Below the pieces are notes generated by a model. It was not told where the DNA came from, made no database searches, and was given only the letters and a program-made list of their open reading frames with translations. The translations under genes were made by a program, and so were the position numbers. From Octopus vulgaris (Eukaryota): a stretch of 64,000 nucleotides of DNA. Shown here piece by piece: positions 29,076 through 40,224 of this stretch; position 1 is the first letter of the stretch, and each line of letters begins with the position of its first letter. The stretch spans positions 41,230,001 through 41,294,000 of the forward strand of contig OX597814.1 of the NCBI GenBank assembly GCA_951406725.2. The letters run 5' to 3'.

Positions 29076-30264
29076 CACGGGAGACAAAATAATGGAAACA
29101 CCTAGCGCCATAGCATCATAATTTTGAAATATCTATAAAACCGTCAAAAGCTTGTTTATGTTATTGCTTTTTGATTTATTGTTAATGTGGCTTTATATAT
29201 TTTGCTAAAATTGTGATTCCTTTTTCTGATATCATCAGAGAAAGGTAATTAAAATTAATTAAAATGACAGATCTACCTTTCAAAGAGGCCAAATTATTGG
29301 TGCTCCTATGGCAGACGCCAGCGTAACGAAAAGAGCCGAAATCATTGGTGTATCAAGTATTACAGTCTCGAAAGTAATGACAGCCCTTGAGAAAGAAGGA
29401 TAAAACTCCTCGTTGCATCAAGACTCCTGAAGAAAATCAAAACTTTCAGATAAGTGACCGTCGGACACTTAGGCAAATTGCAGCTCCCAAAATTACTGCA
29501 GAAGTTAATGACAACCTCGAGAACCGATTTCCCACAGTGTTCACCGGGAGTTACACATAGCCGGATTTAACAGGAGAGATGCAAGCAAAAAAAAAGACAA
29601 AAACAAAAGCAACACCACTTTTTCCATAAACATGCGTTGCAAAGCGTTTAGAGTGGAGTAAAAAAAAACCTGCAGAATTGGTCTCTCTAGAATGTCCCTT
29701 TCTCGGACGAGTCATCCCTTGCCTTATTTCCGATCACAGGCCGAGTATACGTGTGGAGACAGCCAAAAGACTGCATTCTTCCAACTGTTAAACACGGAGG
29801 ATGATCTGTGATGATTTGGAGGGGGGGGCGATATCAATGTTTTTCCTTCATTGCAGAATTAATAGTCAAGATGATTTAAGAATTTTATCCGATCGATTCC
29901 ACCTTCTGTTTGAGGAAATGTTTCCGGGGGGAAACGGAGACTTTCAGGATGATAATGCACCGATTCACAAAGTTAAAGTTGTTACTGTATGGCACGAGGA
30001 ACATTCTAGTCCCCAGGTCTCAATATTATGGATCATTTATGGTGCATTTTAGAAAAACAAGTAAGGAGCCGATGTATTCCACCATCATCATTACAAAACC
30101 TGGAGACTGTTCTCGCTGAAGAATGGTCAAAAGTTCATTTGGAAATGCTTCAAACTTTGTACCTCATAGAAGTGAAGCTCTAGTTACTGCCAAAGGCTGA
30201 TCTACCCCATATTAAAAGAAATTTGTTTGAAATATTAGGCTTCTATTATTTTGTCGAACTCCTG
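29076..30264 (+). mobile_element. Tc1-like (DD34E) transposon with both TIRs, decayed transposase
   Basis: TA|CACGGGAGACAAAATAATGGAAACACCT versus AGGCTTCTATTATTTTGTCGAACTCCTG|TA. Protein relics FQRGQIIGAPMADASVTKRAEIIGVSSITVSKVMTA, FSDESS, PTVKHGG*SVMIW and FQDDNAPIH. Confidence 0.9.
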
Positions 30265-30343
30265 TATATAAACATACACACATATATACACATGCACACA
30301 CATGCACACATATGCACACACATGCACACACACAAATATATAC

Positions 30344-30401
<58 letters not shown>

Positions 30402-30403
<2 letters not shown>

Positions 30404-30716
30404 AAATTCCAACCACTTTCTGGGTTCGCTACCTCAGAGCTCCTATATAGGATCCAGTGGCTATAGACATCATCAGGATGAACCATAACCGTTTTCGAAG
30501 TCCCCTCTTCCTTCGGAGGTGTCTTCAGCTATGGTGCTGAGTGTGTTTTGTCCTTATCCATTTTTTCTTTTGTTGATTCTTTTCCTCAATTCTGTATCAA
30601 ATAATGTCAGTAGACAAATGACCTTCCTGCCAAATTTCTCGTTAAATATTCGCCGGTATGCTCCTGCAGCCAGCACCATCTAAGTGCTACGTGCCACTGT
30701 CTAACCTTCAACTGAC
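30402..30716 (-). mobile_element. Solo copy of the sequence found 3' of the Hero ORF (11012-11345)
   Basis: Shared blocks CAGTT.AAGGT.AGACA.TG.CACGT, GCTGAAGACACCTC, ATGGTTC.TCCTGATGATGTCT, ACTGGATCCTAT..AGGAGCT and GGTAGC. Confidence 0.75.
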
Positions 30717-30906
30717 CAATGTGTGTGTGTGTGTGTGTCTGTGTGCGTGTGTACACATATATATATACATACTTATATATATACATACATCTATACATGT
30801 ATATATATATACATATAAATATACATACCTATATATACATATATATATATACACACACGCACACACACACACATGCATATATATATATATATACACATGC
30901 ATATAG

Positions 30907-30963
<57 letters not shown>

Positions 30964-31103
30964 GGGTGAGTTACCTCAATTCTTTATATATTAACCAAAA
31001 TAAAGTAGATTGACAAATTTATTTTTGGGACCAGTTGAAGACACACAAGATGTTGAAAGATCTTTCACTAGATAAAAATAGCACTCTATTATTATCATTA
31101 TTA

Positions 31104-31232
31104 TTCAGTAGTTTTATTTTTATAGCGTGCTTTCACTTCACTACCGAGCACAGCTCTGTGTGCCTTGGGTATGTGCTGTGATTTGTTGTGATGCTCTGAT
31201 GGTTATTGTATGGAAAGTGTTCTGTGTAGGAA
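31104..31232 (-). mobile_element. 130-bp 3' fragment of Dong family A embedded in (ATT)n
   Basis: Nearly identical to 56161-56288 and to the reverse complement of 36396-36517; (ATT)n on both sides. Confidence 0.9.
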
Positions 31233-31254
31233 CATTATTATCATTATTATTATA

Positions 31255-31350
<96 letters not shown>

Positions 31351-32277
31351 ATTATTAATATTATTATTATTATTATTATCATTATTATTATTATTATTAT
31401 TATTATTTTGCTTCTTCAAAAAAGGTGAATGACAACCGTTTGAGACTGTCTATGAAACGTATAGTATTATATTTCCATGTGGGGTAAACGAAGGCAGAAT
31501 TTTATCGACACGGATATTGGTGGAAAGCTTAGATTTGATGATAAGCTAGTAGGCTACGTTAAGAAACACAATGAATAATATATCGTGTGCCATCCGATCT
31601 GTACTAGAAACGGTAACGTACAAAGGTATAAATCCAAAAGTAAGGGTTGAAAGTGGCTTTTTATCAATGAAAAGATGAAGAAATCGATTGGAAGATGGCG
31701 TGACGATGTAGATATAATTTAAAGTTTAATGATAATAATGCCACAGAAAGATAAGCAAAAACGCAGTGCAAATATTTGTTTGGTGGTTAATGAGCAATAA
31801 GGAAGTTAGATGTGTCTTTGACCTTCGAAATTAAGCATTTCTTCACAGAGTTAATTTGATAAACGAAAATGTTCAAAGGAAGAAATGAAAGAATGAATAA
31901 TAAAAACACGTTTCATCTGTATAAGGCCACTTTGAAATCGACGGAGATCAATAGAGAAAGTGTGAGGTTTCATGCGTGCAAAATCAACAGGGGAGAATTA
32001 TGTATAAATTGGATATTTGTGCATAAGTGTGAATGAGCTGGAATGGGAGCGATATAAATCACTCTATGTTTAATGAGCAACTCCAGAATGTACTGATTAT
32101 GTAAGCATTTGTGTATCAGTGTATGCACATGCGTCACTGTATTATAAAACCATACGTGTAAACACGCCGATTCGGAAGTGTTGGAATTTTGTAACGATGA
32201 TTTGTTGTAAGATATTGCGAAGGAATACCTCTCTCTCTCTCTCTCTCTCTCTGTCTGTCTGTCTCTCTCATTCTCTC

Positions 32278-32315
<38 letters not shown>

Positions 32316-32320
32316 TGTAT

Positions 32321-32488
32321 TTATGAGATGAGGAATTATGTACGTTATTTACATTATCTACATTTCCCGGTCATTTGCCCTCATCGCATTTGTTAGCACA
32401 AGCTTACGGCTGCTATACTCTACAGCCTTCATCATATATCTTGGGGAAATTTCGAACCTGCGTTCTGATTCTTAAAATATATTTCGAT
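32321..32488 (-). mobile_element. PLE terminal repeat with decayed hammerhead, inverted arm
   Basis: Minus strand reads GGTTCGAAATTTCCCCAAGATATATGATGAAGGCTGTAGAGTATAGCAGCCGTAAGCTTGTGCTAAC...GATGAGG. Confidence 0.75.
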
Positions 32489-32518
32489 AATAATAATAAT
32501 AATAATAATAACAATAAT

Positions 32519-32553
<35 letters not shown>

Positions 32554-32602
32554 TAATAATTATAAAAATTATAATAATAATAATAGCAATAATAATAATA
32601 AT

Positions 32603-32670
<68 letters not shown>

Positions 32671-35600
32671 GAGAACACCGGGGGACGTTTAACATGTGAG
32701 AGCGATAAAACAGTGCTCCGAAATCTATCCACAAACATCGGAAACAAAGACATCGCATGGAGCCAAAAAATAACTGACAAAGGATTGGACTATATCGGAG
32801 TAAGTAATACTCATTGAAATGTATTGCTATTTTCCAAACGAAATTATGTATTTTAACTCGATATCATCTCCAACCATGTAAATATGCTTGATACATTACG
32901 ATCCATCAACAACAGATCGTCTCCGCCCCACACACCATGTACTAAAAACTACGAATAAATTAAATAATACCGATATTATACAACCCAAGAATAACAATCG
33001 GGAAGTGCGTACTTTAAATTTGTTACACAAAAAGTACGAGAAACTAAACGTGCAAAACAATGTGACAACAGAAATGAACGGACCGGTACCCTACGAAAAT
33101 GACGACCGTCAAAATAATGGGCCGGATGTTGTTCCTCATGTCCCGCGAATGAAACCCAAACTCATAAATGGACACGTGAAGAATACATTGCTATCCTACA
33201 CGCTTACTTCACAGCAGTGCTCTAACCAAAGAACGAAAAAACAACAACATATACATATAAAATATGGAAGAAAAATAACATAAACAAACACTTGGATACA
33301 GCAATGAATCCTAATAAACCAGCTAACGTACGAAGATATATTCTCAACGCAAATAATATCAGAAATAGAAATAGAACATTTAAAAGAAAAAAATACATCA
33401 GGAAAATGTAGATTGAAGACACACAACAATGCCAAATATCACAAACAATGACATAATAAAACACGAAGACAAAGGTAAAGTTTCCAACAAAAACGAGGTA
33501 AACAAAAAACAACAAACCCAGACCGTAAGTGTGCATAATAATGCACAACAAGCAGCAAGCCAAAACACGACAGACAAATATACCAATGAGAAAAAAAAGC
33601 GACACAAATCAAAAACCTGGAAACAACTAAGGGGAGCGTAATGATTATGATACCATAAAAAGTAGAATAATCAAGGACTGAAAAACATAGATCTCAAAAT
33701 GGACCACCGACCATACCTCCCAAAAATTAAATAGAGAAAAAAACAACATCAGTTATAAATAGCATAAACCTAACCCTCACAGAACTAATAGCCACTGAAA
33801 CAAATAGCGATATCACTGAGCTAAATAACTTAGTCTATGCAGCAGCCACTGCAGCCACAAAAGAAGCTGGATACTTACTCAAACCTATCCAAAGAGGAGT
33901 ACCACCACCCAAACAAACCCTGTCGAAAAAATAACATCCACCCAAAAAAGACAAAAAATGAGAAAAGGTCTGTCGAATCTTATTGAAATCAGTAGACAAT
34001 CAACGCTACTAAGCAACAAAAAGAAAACAAAAATACTATGCAAATACATCACACAAAAAAGATTTACCTGATATAAAAGAAAAGCTAAAGCAAGATATCC
34101 TTGCCAAAGCTCAAAGAATCCGCCTGTTTGAGAAACACCAACGTTTCTTTGAACAAAACAAACACTTCAATTCCAACCCCAAAAAGTTCTACCAAGAACT
34201 TGGCAAAAATAACGGCTAAAGAAGTGGAATATTTCTGGAGAGAAATATGGTCTGCGAAAGAACAACCCAAAAAATGAGTATTAAAACAACAAACTCAGCA
34301 TATGAACAAATTTGGACCCCCATAACAACTGAAGAGGTCAATCAGGCACTGCGAAGACTGAGCAACTGGAAGGCACCTGGGCATGACATGATCTCCACTT
34401 GTGGTCGAAATATCTGTCAGGAATGCACAAAAAGCTGGCTGAAAACTTTTACAACATACTAGCAGAGCAAGAGACAATGCATAATGGCTCACGAAGGTGA
34501 AAACCATCTTAATCCCCAAATCCAATGAGACAGCAAAACCAGAAACTAGAGACCTATAACCTGTCTCCCTACAATGTAAAAAGCCTTCACTGCAGTAATA
34601 TCACAAAGATTAAACAAGCAACTGGACGAAAACAACCTGTTTCCAGAAGAGCAGAAAGTATGCAGCAAAAGCTCATATGGATGTAAAGATGAACTAATGA
34701 TCAATAAAGCCATAACTGAAGACAGCCTCAGAAAGAAAAAACGCCTCAGTATGGCCTAGATCGACTACAGAAAGGCGTTTGATAGCATCCCCCACAAAGT
34801 AGCACCAACAATTATAAAATAAATAGGACACTAAACGAATGAATGGCAAACAGTGCTACTGCTCCAAACAAAAGTGGGACTCGTGAAAATCAAAGCCATC
34901 CCCATTAGAAGAGGAATATTCCAGGGAGACAAGCTCTCTCCACTCCTTTTCTGCTTGGCACTGTCACCTCTATCTGATATGCTAAATAGAACTGGATGCT
35001 GATATAAATGAACGATCAGCCACTAGATAAGACACAACACACACAAATGAAAGAGAAAATAAAACAGAATAATATAGACGAGTTAGATCAATACTGAAAA
35101 CAGAGATCAATGCTAAAAACAAGATTATAGGTATCAACACTTTAGCCGTTCCAGTTATAAGTTACTGCTACAATATTTTTAACTGGATGCTAAATGAAAT
35201 AACCAAAATAGATAAGGAAACAAGAAAAATAATGACAGGATCTAGGATGCATCACACAAAAACCGACATAGAATGGCAGTATATACATCGTATAGTAGGT
35301 GGTAGAGAACTTATAAAGCTGGAAAACTACTATAAAATAACCACCACAGAACTGCAAAAATACCTACTTCAGAAAAGGAAAACTGATACAAATAGCGCAA
35401 AACACGAACAAAACAAATAATTGTTCTCAGTATTTATGGAAGCTCACAAATACAAACAACAAATCATACCACTTAACAAATATGATGAAGAAGAAGAAGA
35501 AGAAGAAGAAGAAGAAGAAGAAGAAGAAGAAGAAGAAGAAGAAGAAGAAGAAGAAGAAGAAGAAGAAGAAGAAGAAGAAGAAGAAGAAGAAGAAGAAGAA

Positions 35601-36517
35601 GAAGAAGAAGAAAACACAACAAAAGCTATAAAGCAAATGGAATCAAAACTAAAACTAGAACAGCAACGGACCATGATAAAACGATGGCAAGAAAAACTCC
35701 TTCATGGCAAGTACTGGACTAAACTAAATGCAAAAGAAATAGAGAAAGAAAAATCCCAGCAATGGTTGAGAAGCTCAGGACTTAAAGCAGAGACAGAGGG
35801 ATTTTTAATTGCAGCAAAAGACCAAAGACTCTCCACCAGAAATTACCAAAAACATGTAATGAAAAGAAATATACCAAGTAACTGCAGAAAATGTGGAGAT
35901 GGACAAGAAACAATGAATCTTATCATCTCTGCCTGCCCAGTCCTGGCTAAGAAGGAATATATTCACAGACACGACAGAGTTGGGACCTACATACACTGGA
36001 AGCTATGCCAACATTAGGGAAATACAACAGAAAAAGGTGGTTTAGACACACACAAGTAACGGTCACAGAAGACGAGAAAGCAACCATACTCTGGGATATG
36101 CCAATACACACAGATAGAGAAATTAAGGCCAACAGACCAGATATAGTAGTCAGAGATCATGAAGAAAAAATAATGCTTTCTAATTGATGTATCAATACCA
36201 GCAGATGACGACGTGTCTCTAAAATAAATGGAAAAACTTTCAAAATACAAAGACCTGGAAATAGAGGTAACCAGAATGTGTAATCTAAAAACAGAAACAA
36301 TTCCTATCATAGTAGGTGCATTAGGCATGATAAAAAAAAATATTCAGACAAATATACAACAAAAACACCAGAACTTACAAACACAAATCTAACCCCAGAA
36401 CGCTTTCAATACAGTAACCATCAGAGCATCACGACAAATCACAGCACATACCCAAGGCACACAGAGCTGCGCTCGGTAGTGAAGTGAAAGCACGTTATAA
36501 AAATAAAACTACTGAAC
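32671..36517 (+). mobile_element. Dong/R4-type RLE LINE, family A, with both ends and internal deletions
   Basis: Flanked by (AAT)n on both sides. Motifs NWKAPGHD, RPITCL, PEEQK, DYRKAFDSIPH, GIFQGD, ETEGFLIAA.DQ, CRKC...ETMNLIISAC, RHDRVG.YIHW, ANRPDIVV...IDVSIP. Same 5' start GAGAACACCGGGG as the copy ending at 62095. The YMDD segment is deleted at ~35020. Confidence 0.92.
35488..35612 (+). repeat. (GAA)n expansion inside the LINE ORF
   Basis: About 40 GAA units here versus about 3 at the paralogous site 59072-59085. Confidence 0.95.
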
Positions 36518-36518
36518 G

Positions 36519-36587
<69 letters not shown>

Positions 36588-36588
36588 G

Positions 36589-36716
36589 ATATTTCTCTAC
36601 TTCCCCTCCCCAAGCTTTCAGCTATATTTTAACAAATCTTTACCTTCACTTGCCCTAGGGTGCTGGGTGTGCCCCGGCAAGTGATTGCATCAAACATGCA
36701 GATTAAAAGTAAATGA
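36589..36716 (+). mobile_element. Short insert between (AAT)n tracts, probably the 3' end of another TAA-targeting family
   Basis: About 130 bp of unique sequence with arms CACTTGCC/GGCAAGTG, bounded by (AAT)n. Confidence 0.45.
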
Positions 36717-36717
36717 C

Positions 36718-36789
<72 letters not shown>

Positions 36790-36792
<3 letters not shown>

Positions 36793-36936
36793 ATCATCGA
36801 TAACACCTAAGGAACGAGAACACCAGTTTCGAAATTTCCCCAATACTCCACATGAAGTCTGGAGGGTATATCAGGTGAAACTTTGTGCTAACAGCAAACA
36901 AGATGTGTACTAATATCCATCAAATGTAAATTATGT
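36790..36936 (+). mobile_element. PLE terminal repeat with decayed hammerhead, forward arm
   Basis: CCTAAGGAACGAGAACACCAGTTTCGAAATTTCCCCAA...ATGAAGTCTGGAGGGTATATCAGGTGAAACTTTGTGCTAAC..CAAGATG..CAAATGTAAA. Confidence 0.75.
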
Positions 36937-36937
36937 A

Positions 36938-37560
36938 TCTCTATTATATAACATCCATTAAGTCTGTCTGGGTGTCTTTTAGAATCTCGGGCATCCTCCA
37001 TCCGATTGTGCTCAAATTTGATTTACAGATACCGACGGTATCAGGGCATTTTTAGTTTTGAAAAATATTACAAAAATCAATTCCAGTGAGAATACGATCG
37101 ATAAAACCTTCCTTGGAATAGAAAAAAAAAGCCTATCTTTATTTCTTCTTTTGTTGATGTCTCAAATTTAGGTTAAATCAGTTTTTCTCAAAAGAGTGAC
37201 CTATGGGACGGTCGAACATGTTTTTTTGAGAAAATTTGGTAAAAAGATTTGACAACTCAGCACCGTCCATTGGTGTTTTGCTCGTAATATGTAAATGTAG
37301 ATAATATATATGTGTGTGTGTGTGTGTGTGTATGTAATACCGTGTGTTCTTATATCTAGAATTGCTATTTCTTAACATCTGTCTAAATCGTTTGGTTACT
37401 GGAGATAAGACGGGTTAAATAGCCGCGTTGATGGGGGAGATTGAGACCAAAACACATATCCATCACTGTCATGCTTGAGAAAATATGTTCGTACTTTTCA
37501 TTTGTGACATTTAGATGATTTTGGAAAATACCCTATTCTTCATACTATCTGAACGTCCGT
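36938..37560 (+). mobile_element. Possible Helitron/HINE-like non-autonomous element
   Basis: Start TCTCTATTATATAA, then GTCTGTCTG and CCGATT..CTCAAATTTG typical of such repeats. 3' end not found. Confidence 0.3.
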
Positions 37561-37913
37561 CTATAACAATAAACAAATCTTCAATCGTTATATATTACTG
37601 ATGATATAGAGGTGGAGAAAATTTTGATTAGGCAAAAACTTACGTCTTATGTTATTTAATATACTTGTTTTTGTCTATGCCCCTGGTCACATATAGATAT
37701 TTCTCTTAGCAGAATGGTCAAATATTGCAAACAGAAACACAAATATATAAATGTGTGTGTGTGTATATACATATAACATGAAGCATATATGTCACCTCAA
37801 TGAGGTGGACCAATACGGGAAGAGTTTACTCTTGTTTACAGCTTCAGAAAGCAAGAAGACATCTACTCTAACTGGCTAACTGAGCGAGAAGTTAGCAATA
37901 GCTTATTATTGCT

Positions 37914-37996
<83 letters not shown>

Positions 37997-38024
37997 GCAC
38001 ACAAATATAAGCAATAACACATCT

Positions 38025-38310
38025 CTGAGCGAGAGGTAAGCAATAGCAGCACGGAATCGTGAAGTATATTTGCCGCGTATATGTGGCGGACCCAAAGGGA
38101 CGATGCTACTGTTGTGTATAGCCCGCGGAAGATATCTCTTCCACCTGGCAAACGACACTCTCTGTATCCGACTAGTACTTGCGAAGGAAGATCATCGTTC
38201 CCATCTCTAGCCTTACGTGATATACACAAACACGGACTTCTAGGTAGTACCAGGGTCTGTGTGTATCACCAAAGGCTAGAGATTGGAACAATGATTTCCT
38301 TTCGCAAATA
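38025..38310. repeat. Dispersed repeat ending in a fold-back with ~55-60-bp arms
   Basis: Arms 38176-38237 and 38255-38310; related to 200-410. Confidence 0.7.
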
Positions 38311-38357
38311 ATAATCAGACTCAGAGAACGCGTTGCTAGCCATTTGGAGGAGATGTC

Positions 38358-38545
38358 AAAGGTGGCAAGCTGGCAGAAACGTTAGCACGCCGTGTGAAAT
38401 GCGTCGCCTTATTTCGTCTGCCGTTACGTTCTGAGTGTAATTTCCGCCGAGGCCGACTTTGCCTTTCATCTTTTCGGGGTCGATAAAGTAAGTACTCGTT
38501 ACACACTTTGTCTGTCTTTGTTTGTCCCCTCTGCGTTTAGCCCCA
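38358..38545 (+). mobile_element. tRNA-derived SINE 5' part
   Basis: AAGGTGGCAAGCTGGCAGAAACGTTAGCACGCCG...TTACGTTCTGAGT...CCGAGGCCGACTTTGCCTTTCATCTTTTCGGGGTCGATAAAGTAAGTAC; paralogues at 7630, 12245 and 62323. Confidence 0.8.
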
Positions 38546-38683
38546 TACATATATGTACATATACATATATATCTATATGTAGGCATGTTATGTGAACAAA
38601 CAAATTATATACATCAAATATACTAAATATCTTAAATATATTGAATATATTAGTATGGGTATGAAACCCAAAATATATATATA

Positions 38684-39325
38684 CTAGCTGGCTGGCCCGG
38701 CGTTGCTCGTGTTTTCCGAGATGAAGAAAAACTCAACCCTGACCTTGTATTGAAATTTGTCAACTCTTCATGCTGGCATCAACTAATGGGCATGAACTAT
38801 AATCACGAGTAAAATTTCTACAAAATCCATAAGAATGTTATAAGGAAATGTTTATTTGCATTTGGGCCCTTTTCGTGCCCTTTTGAATTAAACAAATTTA
38901 CCGACATCTCAAATTTCATTAAAAAATGTAAAAGTTATGGCTAAAAACACAATTCCTATGGGTATTTGCATGCAAAAAAGTGTATTGATTTTATAAATCC
39001 ACAGCTCAGGTGCAACTATCGATTGTTGTCAATGCCATATACTGCGATCAATTCACTCATCGATTTTCATCAAAATCGGACGAAAAATGCAAAATCTGTA
39101 GGTAAAAATAACATCGTTATGGGAGTTTTTATTCAAACGGCCGATTGAGCTCACAAAACTGATGCCGACAAAGTATTATTCAATTTTCGAATCATTCCGG
39201 CCGTATTTGAACTTCAGGGCATGTGATCTACATATGTGTCAAAAACCATTAAAATCGGTTGGACGGTTTTGATGAAGTTAGTGTAACCTCAAACATACAC
39301 CATTACACTTGTATGGATATTGATG
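38684..39325 (-). mobile_element. Non-autonomous Helitron-like element
   Basis: Minus-strand end CACGAGCAACGCCGGG hairpin + CCAGCCAG + CTAG|T; internal repeated (TTT)CATCAAAATCGG-type motifs. Confidence 0.55.
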
Positions 39326-39765
39326 TATACATGCAATATGAGTCAGCTATCCATAAAAATATTTGTAGAATATGTGGCCGTATGTATGCAATTAACTTTT
39401 GCTAAGTCGAGCCTTTGTCATCATGGTAGAGAAGATCTTACATTTCAGAAGTTAATGCAGAGTTGTTCACAGATTAAATGCGGAAAGCTCTAGTAGAGGG
39501 CTGAAGGTGAGGTCACCTGGGGGCATTAATGCAGGGAATGGTGAGGGGAGAAAACATAGTTCAAGAAGTGTGTGTATTTAATTATAATGGTATTAAGAGA
39601 GGTAGTTCTAGAAGTGGAGATGAGGAAGATGTACAGGAGAGTAGAGTAGATACTTTTAGAACGGTAGTTTGTTGTGTTGGGATTGTTAAAGTGTTGGTAT
39701 AATAGCTGTAGAACCATTGTCAGTTGAGATTGTGAGAAAAGGAATATAATAATATGAGGGAAGTA

Positions 39766-40224
39766 AAATGTCTAGTTCAGTGGCAGAAGGAGATCATTAA
39801 GGTAAGCAGAATGGTATGAGAATAGATATAGGGAGTTGAACAAAATGCAGGGAGGTGAATAGAGAAGAGATAGTGTTGATAGGTTAGTATCCAATTGAGT
39901 GGGGCAAAATTAAGTGCTTTTGATTGAAGAGGAGAAATTAGAGAAGGGAAACAATACCACTTACGTGGGGTCTATGTGGGAAGTGGGATGTATTGGGTTA
40001 GAAGAAATTGCAAAAGTAATAATGAGAAGGACTATATTAATAAGGTGTTGTATTAGTTGAGGTGGTAAGTTGCTACATTCATCTCATCGTATCTCAAGTT
40101 TAATCAAGAATTATACACTAACCATTGCTGTGTCTATCACAAAATCATCCCAAATTCCTCTGTCTTCTCTCATACCATTCTACACATCTTAGTAATCTCC
40201 CTCTGCCACTGAACTAGAGACTTT
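39766..40224. repeat. Diverged inverted repeat (~75-bp arms, ~310-bp spacer)
   Basis: TCTAGTTCAGTGGCAGAAGGAGAT..AGAATGGTATGAGA versus TCTCATACCATTCT..ATCTCCCTCTGCCACTGAACTAGA. Confidence 0.75.

Noticed and set aside
32671-32800. HDV-like ribozyme at the Dong 5' end
   Set aside because: I could not build the nested double pseudoknot by eye; it needs a motif search.
36385-36402. CR1 insert removed from Dong RNA by splicing (GT...CAG borders exist)
   Set aside because: The predicted spliced junction CCCTAGAAACAC differs from the observed CCCCAGAACGC, so microhomology deletion fits better.
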